Assembly: GCA_963796685.1 (NCBI GenBank)
Contig: CAWCMR010000009.1
Span: 32,001-96,000 of the forward strand
Source of the DNA: an uncultured delta proteobacterium
GTDB lineage: Bacteria > Myxococcota_A > Polyangia > Fen-1088
Direction of reading: 5' to 3'
DNA length: 64,000 nt
Shown: positions 56,077 to 64,000 of the stretch, piece after piece
Numbering within the stretch: the first letter of the stretch is position 1
Layout: each line of letters begins with the position of its first letter
Position numbers and translations under genes: made by a program
Notes under the pieces: generated by a model
What the model was told of the DNA's origin: nothing
The model's input: only the letters and a program-made list of their open reading frames with translations
Databases searched by the model: none

Positions 56077-57102
56077 ATGGCTGTCCTGCACAACACGCTG
56101 TACGTGACGACCGCGGACACGGCCTTGCTGAAGGAAGGCGAAACGGTCACGGTTCGGGTCGCACGCGAGCAAAGGCTGCGCGTTCCCGTGCACCACCTGG
56201 AATCCATCGTCTGCCTGGGACATGTCTACGTCAGCCCAGAATTGATGTACCTGTGCCTCGAACGTGGGGTCGGGATTTCGTTCCTTACCGAACATGGGCG
56301 CTTTCGTGGGCGAGTCGAGGGCACAAACCAAAGCGGCGCTCTCTTGCGGTTGAACCAGACGCAATGCCATCTGGATGTGGGGCGCAGCCTGGCAATCGCG
56401 AAGAGCATCGTTCAAGGCAAGATCGCTAACCAACGTCACGTCCTGCAAAGGGCTGCTCGGGAAGCGGAAGGCAATGCGGCCGTGCGCCTGAGCGATGCCG
56501 CGCGGGCGCTGCGGATGAGCGACCCGCAACGGATGGAGACCCACGACCAGGTACGCGGCAGCGAAGGCGAGGCAGCGGCTCGATACTTCGAGGTCTTTGG
56601 CGACCTGGTCAGGCAGCAGAGCGACGATTTTCGCTGGACCTCACGCCAGCGCCGACCACCACGCGATCCGCTGAATTGCTTGCTTTCGTTCGCGTACGCC
56701 TTGCTGATGAACGACTGCTTGTCCGCGCTTCAGGCCAATGGTCTGGACCCAGCGCTCGGGTTCCTGCACGCGTTCCGGCCAGGGCGGCCGGGCCTGGCGC
56801 TCGACTTGATGGAGCACTTGCGCCCCCTGGTGGCCGATCGGCTGGTGTTGTCCCTGGTCAACAATCAACAGCTTCGGGCGGGCGACTTCCGGCACACCGA
56901 AAGCGGTGCCGTCGAATTGACCGACGAGGCGCGCAAGCTGGTCATCAAGACGCACCAAGAACGGAAGGCGACGAGCATCGTCCATCCTTTGCTTGGCGAC
57001 GAGATTGAATGGGGCTTGGTTCCGCACGTCGAGGCGCGCCTGCTCGCGCGAACGCTTCGTGGGGACCTCGACACATTTCCTCCTTTTCATCCGGCTGGTT
57101 GA
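56077..57102 (+). CDS. cas1: Cas1 (I-C)
   Basis: NTLYVTT, EGEAAARYF, RRPPRDPLNCLLSF, GFLH, LALDLME. Confidence 0.95.
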   Translation: MAVLHNTLYVTTADTALLKEGETVTVRVAREQRLRVPVHHLESIVCLGHVYVSPELMYLCLERGVGISFLTEHGRFRGRVEGTNQSGALLRLNQTQCHLDVGRSLAIAKSIVQGKIANQRHVLQRAAREAEGNAAVRLSDAARALRMSDPQRMETHDQVRGSEGEAAARYFEVFGDLVRQQSDDFRWTSRQRRPPRDPLNCLLSFAYALLMNDCLSALQANGLDPALGFLHAFRPGRPGLALDLMEHLRPLVADRLVLSLVNNQQLRAGDFRHTESGAVELTDEARKLVIKTHQERKATSIVHPLLGDEIEWGLVPHVEARLLARTLRGDLDTFPPFHPAG

Positions 57103-57111
57103 GATAGGGTC

Positions 57112-57402
57112 ATGGTCGTTCTGGTCACCTACGATGTTTCCACCGAAAGCAGAGAGGGCCGTCGCCGCCTTCGTCGCATCGCCAAAGCATGCGAGAGCTA
57201 TGGGCAACGCGTGCAGTTCTCGGTTTTCGAGTGCAAACTGCCTGACGAGCTATGGGTCAAATTGCGAGGAGAGCTTCTTCGCCTCTTCAACCCGGACGAA
57301 GACAGCCTGCGCTTCTATTTCCTGGGGCAAGACGACCTGGCGCGCGCCGAACACCACGGAATCAAGCCGAGCATCGACTTCGAGGGCTCGCTTATCGTCT
57401 AG
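57112..57402 (+). CDS. cas2: Cas2
   Basis: VTYDVST, YGQRVQFSVFEC, DSLRFY. Confidence 0.96.
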   Translation: MVVLVTYDVSTESREGRRRLRRIAKACESYGQRVQFSVFECKLPDELWVKLRGELLRLFNPDEDSLRFYFLGQDDLARAEHHGIKPSIDFEGSLIV

Positions 57403-57585
57403 GGCGCGCGAAGGTAGAGTGGACATGGAATCGCCGATCGGTTCGCGCCTGTCAGATAGCTCTATGAAAACCGAAGAGTACAACCATGGCGCCGCCCGCG
57501 ACGGCGGCGCAATTGACTGTGGCGTATATCCCTCGCGCCATACCCTTCGCAGATGCGCGAAATTCGTAGTATTTTTGGAGGGTGC
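57403..57585 (+). promoter_or_regulatory. CRISPR leader
   Basis: Non-coding stretch between cas2 and the first repeat. Confidence 0.7.
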
Positions 57586-59966
57586 GTCGCGCGGTCCTTC
57601 GGGGCCGCGCGTGGATTGAAACTCCCAAATGTCACGAATGGCGCAGAGCTTGTGCGGGTCGCGCGGTCCTTCGGGGCCGCGCGTGGATTGAAACCCGAAG
57701 CTCCCGCAGTTCCGCGCGCAGCTCGTGGGTCGCGCGGTCCTTCGGGGCCGCGCGTGGATTGAAACCTCGCATGGGGCGAGTTCGGGTGGGCAGTCCTGGT
57801 CGCGCGGTCCTTCGGGGCCGCGCGTGGATTGAAACTTCACGAATCGGATCGCCGTCGCTGCACATTCGACGTCGCGCGGTCCTTCGGGGCCGCGCGTGGA
57901 TTGAAACCTCTTGGCTCGCTCGGCCGCCTCCTCGCGTGTGGGCGTCGCGCGGTCCTTCGGGGCCGCGCGTGGATTGAAACTCATGGCGTGCGCTCCAGCT
58001 CGCGCAGCCTGGCCTGTCGCGCGGTCCTTCGGGGCCGCGCGTGGATTGAAACCTGCGACCGTGTAAGGCGTGGTGTTGAGGACCAGTCGCGCGGTCCTTC
58101 GGGGCCGCGCGTGGATTGAAACATCGCCTCCGTCCCGTCGGGGAGCATCGCACAGCGTCGCGCGGTCCTTCGGGGCCGCGCGTGGATTGAAACCAGGCGG
58201 GATGGGGCGAATGGGACGACTCCGCAAGTCGCGCGGTCCTTCGGGGCCGCGCGTGGATTGAAACGCGTCCGTGGAGATCTGCTAAACGTGGATCCCGTCG
58301 CGCGGTCCTTCGGGGCCGCGCGTGGATTGAAACGAGAGCGCTGGAGACATCACCCATCCATGCGAAGTCGCGCGGTCCTTCGGGGCCGCGCGTGGATTGA
58401 AACATCCGCGCCGTCGCTCGCTGAATCTCCGAGACGGTCGCGCGGTCCTTCGGGGCCGCGCGTGGATTGAAACCGGAGCCTCCCGTCACGTGGCGGTCGC
58501 TGCGGAGTCGCGCGGTCCTTCGGGGCCGCGCGTGGATTGAAACCGCTAATGATCAAGGCTGCTGCCGACGGCGCAGGGTCGCGCGGTCCTTCGGGGCCGC
58601 GCGTGGATTGAAACACGAATGATGTGCGCCGGCCCCATGTCCACAAGGCCGTCGCGCGGTCCTTCGGGGCCGCGCGTGGATTGAAACAAGATCCACGATG
58701 GCAGCGCAAACGCCTTGAAATGTCGCGCGGTCCTTCGGGGCCGCGCGTGGATTGAAACCTTTGGAACGACATCGTCATCATTGAGTGTCAGGGTCGCGCG
58801 GTCCTTCGGGGCCGCGCGTGGATTGAAACCTTATCAGCAGCCAGGCACTATTTCTGGGCCAACGGTCGCGCGGTCCTTCGGGGCCGCGCGTGGATTGAAA
58901 CGCCGATTTGAGCGAGTTTTCCTTCCACTCCAGTGTCGCGCGGTCCTTCGGGGCCGCGCGTGGATTGAAACTTCGCCCGCAAGGCCGGCCCAGTAGCGTT
59001 CTGCGTCGCGCGGTCCTTCGGGGCCGCGCGTGGATTGAAACTTTCTGCTGGCGTGGTTTCTGCGCGCTTGCCTGAGTCGCGCGGTCCTTCGGGGCCGCGC
59101 GTGGATTGAAACCACCGCCCGAGTCGCGCACGCACCGGGCACCCAGGTCGCGCGGTCCTTCGGGGCCGCGCGTGGATTGAAACGTCGGCTTGGCTTCGCT
59201 GTTGATGACTCGGGCAATGTCGCGCGGTCCTTCGGGGCCGCGCGTGGATTGAAACAATTACCTGCCCTTCCGTCCCTTCGGCCGGTGCCGGTCGCGCGGT
59301 CCTTCGGGGCCGCGCGTGGATTGAAACTTTGGGCAGGAGCCCACGCCGGCATCGTTGAAGGTCGCGCGGTCCTTCGGGGCCGCGCGTGGATTGAAACCAG
59401 TACGGGGGCGGTTCGTTCGCCTCAAACATTCGTCGCGCGGTCCTTCGGGGCCGCGCGTGGATTGAAACTCCGCCCACCTGGTGCAGCTCCAGGCCGAAGC
59501 CAGTCGCGCGGTCCTTCGGGGCCGCGCGTGGATTGAAACCTGCTGAAAATGATACATAGCAGTGAGTGTTGAGAGTCGCGCGGTCCTTCGGGGCCGCGCG
59601 TGGATTGAAACGATTGCGTCGATGTTGGCAGCCGCTTGCAGATGGTCGCGCGGTCCTTCGGGGCCGCGCGTGGATTGAAACAAGTACAAGCCAGGGATCG
59701 GCGAGGATGCCGACGTCGCGCGGTCCTTCGGGGCCGCGCGTGGATTGAAACCGCGTGAACCTCGACACCGCGGGTTTGAGACGCCGTCGCGCGGTCCTTC
59801 GGGGCCGCGCGTGGATTGAAACTCTTGCTCGGCGAGGTCGCGCTCGGACAATCCCCCCGTCGCGCGGTCCTTCGGGGCCGCGCGTGGATTGAAACTCTAG
59901 TGGGCTGTTGACTGCAACTGCTACTCTCAGTCGCGCGGTCCTTCGGGGCCGCGCGTGGATTGAAAC
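57586..59966 (+). CRISPR. Type I-C CRISPR array, part 1 (about 34 repeats)
   Basis: 37-bp repeat GTCGCGCGGTCCTTCGGGGCCGCGCGTGGATTGAAAC; spacers about 32-36 bp. Confidence 0.98.
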
Positions 59967-60081
59967 TCATCCATGTGTTGCCACGCAAACAGGCTGATGG
60001 GTTTGCGGTTCAGATAGCAGATGGGCATCACGGAAGTGACAGGGTGGCTGTCACGTCGGTGATGCCCATCATCGGGTCGGC

Positions 60082-60306
60082 TCAGAAGCAGTCGTCGTGA
60101 GGGCCGTCGGGGACAGATTCCCAGACGGCGTCAGGGGGCCTGGGGGTTTCGATTCCGCGTGCAGCCTGGAGGTCGGCCATGGCATCGCCGTGTGCACGCC
60201 AGATGGCGGCGATGACCCGCTCGAACACATCGACGAGGATCAGGGCGCAAGATGTGTCGATGGGCGGCAGGTGGATCTGAGCGTGCGGTGGCGGCGGGCG
60301 CCTCAT
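60082..60306 (-). CDS. Small transposon accessory protein
   Basis: ATGA-coupled to the ATPase; ends ...DDCF. Confidence 0.55.
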   Translation of the reverse strand: MRRPPPPHAQIHLPPIDTSCALILVDVFERVIAAIWRAHGDAMADLQAARGIETPRPPDAVWESVPDGPHDDCF

Positions 60307-61118
60307 GCTGCCTCCCTGGGTTCGGTATCGACGACACGGGTGATGGCATCGCGCTCGACGAGTTTTCGCTTTCTGCGGGCGGCGTCGCGAAGGGCGGCGG
60401 TGGCGAGCCGGTCGAGGTCGCGCAAAGATCCTGCGGCGGCTTCGTGGAGCATGGCCAGGGCGTCAGCCGTGACAAGCTCGCGGTCGCAGCCTGATTGCTT
60501 GAGTCTGGAGCGAATGTAGTCGGCGGTGTCGTCCGGGGTCAGGGGCGTGACGTTGAGCCGCGTGTAAATGCGCGAGTACAAGGATCGATTGCGACGGAGG
60601 ACAAGCCTGTCGGAAAGCTCTGGCAGGCCGACGAGGACGAGGGACAGGAGCGCCCTGCTGTCCCACTGGTAGTTCAGCAAAATGTGTAGGTGGTCCAGCA
60701 TGTCCTGATGGAGCAGGTGCGCCTCGTCGAGGAGGAAGACCGGATGAACACGCTCGCGGCCAAGATCTTCGACGTGGGAGGAGACGGCGAAAAAGAGAGC
60801 CGCTGCGGCGGCGGAAGGCGCGAGCCCCAAGGCGAGGCAAAGCTGGCGATAAAAATCGCGGCGTCCGAGGGTGGCGTTGTGGCAGTAGGTGAGTCGGAAA
60901 CCAGTTTGCGGCAGCCTGTGGCGCAGGGCACGCAGAACGCAGGTTTTACCGGCGCCGGGATCGCCGGTGAGGACGATGGAAGCACGCTCGTGGAGGGCTT
61001 CGCACAGCTCGTGTACCAGGGCCTCCTTGGAAGGCGGCATCCACAGATCGACGTCTGCTATTTCCTTGGAGAATGGGGCGCGTTCGAGGGCGAAGTGGCC
61101 GAGATAGGCGGGCGTCAT
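60303..61118 (-). CDS. ExeA/TnsC/IstB-like AAA+ ATPase
   Basis: Walker A GDPGAGKT, Walker B LLDEAH, LVLVG. Confidence 0.9.
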   Translation of the reverse strand: MTPAYLGHFALERAPFSKEIADVDLWMPPSKEALVHELCEALHERASIVLTGDPGAGKTCVLRALRHRLPQTGFRLTYCHNATLGRRDFYRQLCLALGLAPSAAAAALFFAVSSHVEDLGRERVHPVFLLDEAHLLHQDMLDHLHILLNYQWDSRALLSLVLVGLPELSDRLVLRRNRSLYSRIYTRLNVTPLTPDDTADYIRSRLKQSGCDRELVTADALAMLHEAAAGSLRDLDRLATAALRDAARRKRKLVERDAITRVVDTEPREAA

Positions 61119-62479
61119 CGGTCACCTCCTTGTGGCGAAGGGTTTCGTCCGACAGCTCGGTCGAGCAGCACGGAAGGCGGATCGAAGGGCACCGGTCGCG
61201 AGGCTTTTGTCGCATGTCCCCCGCCACGATTTGGACGTTTTCGCTGGGCGTTCTTGCCAGGGTCGACGGGATGCAGAGGCAACGCCTTTCCCTCGTGCTC
61301 GACCCACGGAGCTTCGCTCATGTCGACGAGGCAACGGGCCACCATGACCAGGCGCCCTGCGAGAAAGCCCTGATCGAGCTCCCAGTCCGTACCCTCCAGT
61401 GGCAGCGTGGTGTCTCGGCGGACGCGGCGGCGCACGCGCACGGTGAGCGCCTCGCGCAGCTTGCGCTCGTCGAAGCGATCGGTGGGACGCTCGGCTGCCT
61501 CGTACACGCGCGCGGGCGAGCGGCCAAGCAGCGAAGCGTGCGGCGCCTTGTGGTAGTGCTCGTCGAGGAAGGCCCACAGCCGCACGTTGATGTCGTGTAG
61601 CGACGATACCTGGCCGAGAAAGTCGATACACCCCTGGCGCAGGGTGCGCCAGAAGCGCTCCATCTTTCCACGCGCCTGCGGGTCGTAGGGACGCGCGTGC
61701 AACAGGGAGACGCCCATGCGCGCGCAAGCCGTGGACAAGATGTCGCCGCGATAGGTACTGCCATTGTCGAGGTACAAGGCATCCGGTGGCCCATGTCTGC
61801 GCAGGGCACGCACAAACATCCCCAGCATGTCCACCTCGCGCTCGGTGTGGTGCGCTTCCAGCGCGATGATGAAGCGGGAGGCATCGTCGAGCAGTCCGTG
61901 AATTCGCACCGGCATGTTTTTACCGCCGACCGAAATCGCCGGGCCATAACAGACATCGCCGTGCCAGAGCGCCCCAGGCCGCTCTGCTTCCCATCGCAGC
62001 CTGGTCTTCGGCCCCTTGCCATCGCGCATGGGAATGCGGTCCAGCCCCTCGTCGGCGAAAAGTCGCCGCACCGTCGAGGCCGACACCGCGTCCTTGCTCA
62101 ATCGCCCGTCGACGGTCAGGGTGCGAAGGATCAAAGGCACCGAAGCCGAGGGATGCTCACGCCGGATGTCGCACAGAAGCGTGCGCTGCTCCGCTGTCAG
62201 CTCCTGCGCGCGTCCACTGTCGCTGCGGGGCTCGGGGCGCAGGGCATCTAGGCTTCCGGCCTTGTAGGCGTAATACCAGCGCTCCAGCGTCGGAACCGAG
62301 AATCTGCGCGTGCTGTCCGCTCCCGGCGGCCGGTAGCGCTCGGCGGCCAGATCTTTCAGCGTCGCCGCCAACTCTCCGTGGTCGAGATCTCGTCGGGTGA
62401 GTGCGCCGACGATTTCGCTGCGGAAGATGGCTACCTCCTCGGCATGGTCCTTGGGCTTCAGGCTTTGTAGGTCGGTCAT
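61115..62479 (-). CDS. Mu/IS481-like DDE transposase (rve core)
   Basis: LWHGD, LDDASR, YLDNGS, GKMERFWRT, YH..PH.SL. Confidence 0.9.
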   Translation of the reverse strand: MTDLQSLKPKDHAEEVAIFRSEIVGALTRRDLDHGELAATLKDLAAERYRPPGADSTRRFSVPTLERWYYAYKAGSLDALRPEPRSDSGRAQELTAEQRTLLCDIRREHPSASVPLILRTLTVDGRLSKDAVSASTVRRLFADEGLDRIPMRDGKGPKTRLRWEAERPGALWHGDVCYGPAISVGGKNMPVRIHGLLDDASRFIIALEAHHTEREVDMLGMFVRALRRHGPPDALYLDNGSTYRGDILSTACARMGVSLLHARPYDPQARGKMERFWRTLRQGCIDFLGQVSSLHDINVRLWAFLDEHYHKAPHASLLGRSPARVYEAAERPTDRFDERKLREALTVRVRRRVRRDTTLPLEGTDWELDQGFLAGRLVMVARCLVDMSEAPWVEHEGKALPLHPVDPGKNAQRKRPNRGGGHATKASRPVPFDPPSVLLDRAVGRNPSPQGGDR

Positions 62480-62596
62480 GGTGTCCCTTCTGCAACCGCG
62501 GTGTGCGATGCACGTAAAGCCATGCTTCATTCCGGCCGTGCCTGGCAGGGATCTTCGCGGGTGGGCGAAGTCCCAGCGACGGAAAAAGTCTGATGG

Positions 62597-63229
62597 TCAT
62601 CGCATAGCGAGCGCCGATCCTTGGAAAGCCCGCGTTGTCACAGACGCCTCGCCCGAAGGCGGCGGCCCGAGTGAAGCCAGTCCCAGCGCCGCCCGCTCAG
62701 CCGCCTGCCGTGCGGTGAAATCCGAAGGCGAGGCACGCAGTCCGGACAGCAGCGTGCCCGCACGAATGGCCCGAATCCACCGTCGCAACGTGGCCCAGCC
62801 GGTGATGGCGGTCTGGCCGATGATCGTCCGCGGGCTCGTCTGTCGCCGCACTTCCGCAACAGACAATTTCTGCACCCCGAACAAGGCCAACGCCCACCCG
62901 ACCGCAGACGATGTGTAAAGCCGCCCAGGAATCGTCTCGCAAGGAACCACGGTGAGCACGGCGCCACACTGGCAAAGAAAGCGACGGACGAGCAGCAAGA
63001 CCATCTTGGGCACTTGCCCTGGTCCTGGCGGTCCCAAGAACTGTCTCTCGCGCAGCCCATGCCCGATGATCCCAAGCCTCGCTCCCGGCGGACAGCCAGC
63101 TCGTCCACATACAGGGCAGGTACTCGGTCTCAGCATGTCCACACCCGGCATTGCCACCAACCACAGCTTGACCCCGACCTTGCCGTGCACGATTGTCTGA
63201 AGCGCTCCGTTCCTTTCGTTTCCTTTCAC
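62597..63229 (-). CDS. Zn-ribbon/HTH transposon accessory protein (DUF6431-like)
   Basis: CPVC..GHG..R..RRFLCQC..TVVP, TLRRW; start uncertain. Confidence 0.65.
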   Translation of the reverse strand: MKGNERNGALQTIVHGKVGVKLWLVAMPGVDMLRPSTCPVCGRAGCPPGARLGIIGHGLRERQFLGPPGPGQVPKMVLLLVRRFLCQCGAVLTVVPCETIPGRLYTSSAVGWALALFGVQKLSVAEVRRQTSPRTIIGQTAITGWATLRRWIRAIRAGTLLSGLRASPSDFTARQAAERAALGLASLGPPPSGEASVTTRAFQGSALAMR

Positions 63230-63491
63230 GTCGGGTGCGGAGCACGACCAGGCAGGGCGGTGGATACGCCCTCCTGGTCACCTACATAGCTGCGGCCAGC
63301 GACATGCCGATGCTCCTCCTTTCCATGCCGCCACTACCCTGATTCCCTGCCCGTGGCCATGGCCATCTCCACGCCGGGAATGATGGCGATTGTCCAAGCC
63401 ATGCCATCACCGATACCGCGCGATCTCCCGCCGCTCAGCACCACTCACACCGCCTCGGAACACATGCCATCGGCCTCGACGAAGAAGCACT

Positions 63492-64000
63492 GTCGCGCGG
63501 TCCTTCGGGGCCGCGCGTGGATTGAAACAGTTCCTTGGCGAATACCTGGCTCCCCACACGCTGTCGCGCGGTCCTTCGGGGCCGCGCGTGGATTGAAACT
63601 TCTTCGGCGCGACCGACCAAGACACGTCCGCCAAGTCGCGCGGTCCTTCGGGGCCGCGCGTGGATTGAAACGGCTTCATTCGCGGCGGGCAGTGGGTGCC
63701 AGCGTGGTCGCGCGGTCCTTCGGGGCCGCGCGTGGATTGAAACTGCTGGACACCGTTCCCAGCGCACACGTTCTGCGTCGCGCGGTCCTTCGGGGCCGCG
63801 CGTGGATTGAAACCAGGTGACCGGCGGCTCTTGGGTGAGTACCGGAAGTCGCGCGGTCCTTCGGGGCCGCGCGTGGATTGAAACTTGGGCTCCGGGATGG
63901 CCGTGTGCTCGCCGGTGTCGTCGCGCGGTCCTTCGGGGCCGCGCGTGGATTGAAACTGTTGAGACCCCGCGTTGGTCGACCAGTCGACCCAGGTCGCGCG
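63492..64000 (+). CRISPR. CRISPR array, part 2 (7 full repeats plus a partial one; runs off the window)
   Basis: Same 37-bp repeat. Confidence 0.97.

Larger units (their letters stand above)
59976..63462 (-). mobile_element. About 3.5-kb DDE+AAA transposon inserted in a CRISPR spacer
   Basis: Ends TGTT...AACA; CATG on both flanks; removal restores a 34-bp spacer. Confidence 0.85.

Noticed and set aside
57250-59988. Long repetitive ORFs (FQSTRGPEGPRD, VSIHARPRRTAR)
   Set aside because: Translations of CRISPR repeats, not genes.
59976-63462. CRISPR-associated transposon (CAST) interpretation
   Set aside because: No TniQ/TnsD, cas3 and adaptation genes are present, and the element disrupts the array rather than carrying it.
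57586-64000. Spacers targeting the IS or cargo in this window
   Set aside because: No match noticed by eye; a short-word BLAST of spacers against the window is needed, so nothing is claimed.

Overview
GC-rich bacterial accessory region; gene style suggests Myxococcota or deltaproteobacteria, which is inference only. Six directly oriented, near-identical copies of one IS91/ISCR-type rolling-circle element (501-aa HUH transposase) organise the window. Each copy ends ...CCCTTCGAATCGCCTAT, followed by GGCC and then a different, often truncated cargo block. The five copies with a visible left side carry nested lengths of one upstream passenger (deleted sufS-sufU, sufT and a purine-rich repeat; copy B keeps only the repeat). 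Cargo blocks are: an integron with a co-oriented ('inverted') intI and one cassette; a defence-like block (HEPN fragment, XRE regulator, dCMP deaminase, AbiE-like pair); a membrane protein; a TPR gene plus a secreted beta-propeller, choice-of-anchor and G1 peptidase cluster with IS debris; AraC, aldo-keto reductase, SDR and TetR genes; and a WYL-associated type I-C CRISPR-Cas locus (cas3 frameshifted) whose array of at least 41 repeats is split inside a spacer by a DDE+AAA transposon. One IS copy is interrupted by a 3.35-kb large-serine-recombinase element whose first gene gains its RBS and ATG only when the element circularises. All calls come from motif reading by eye; no database searches were run.
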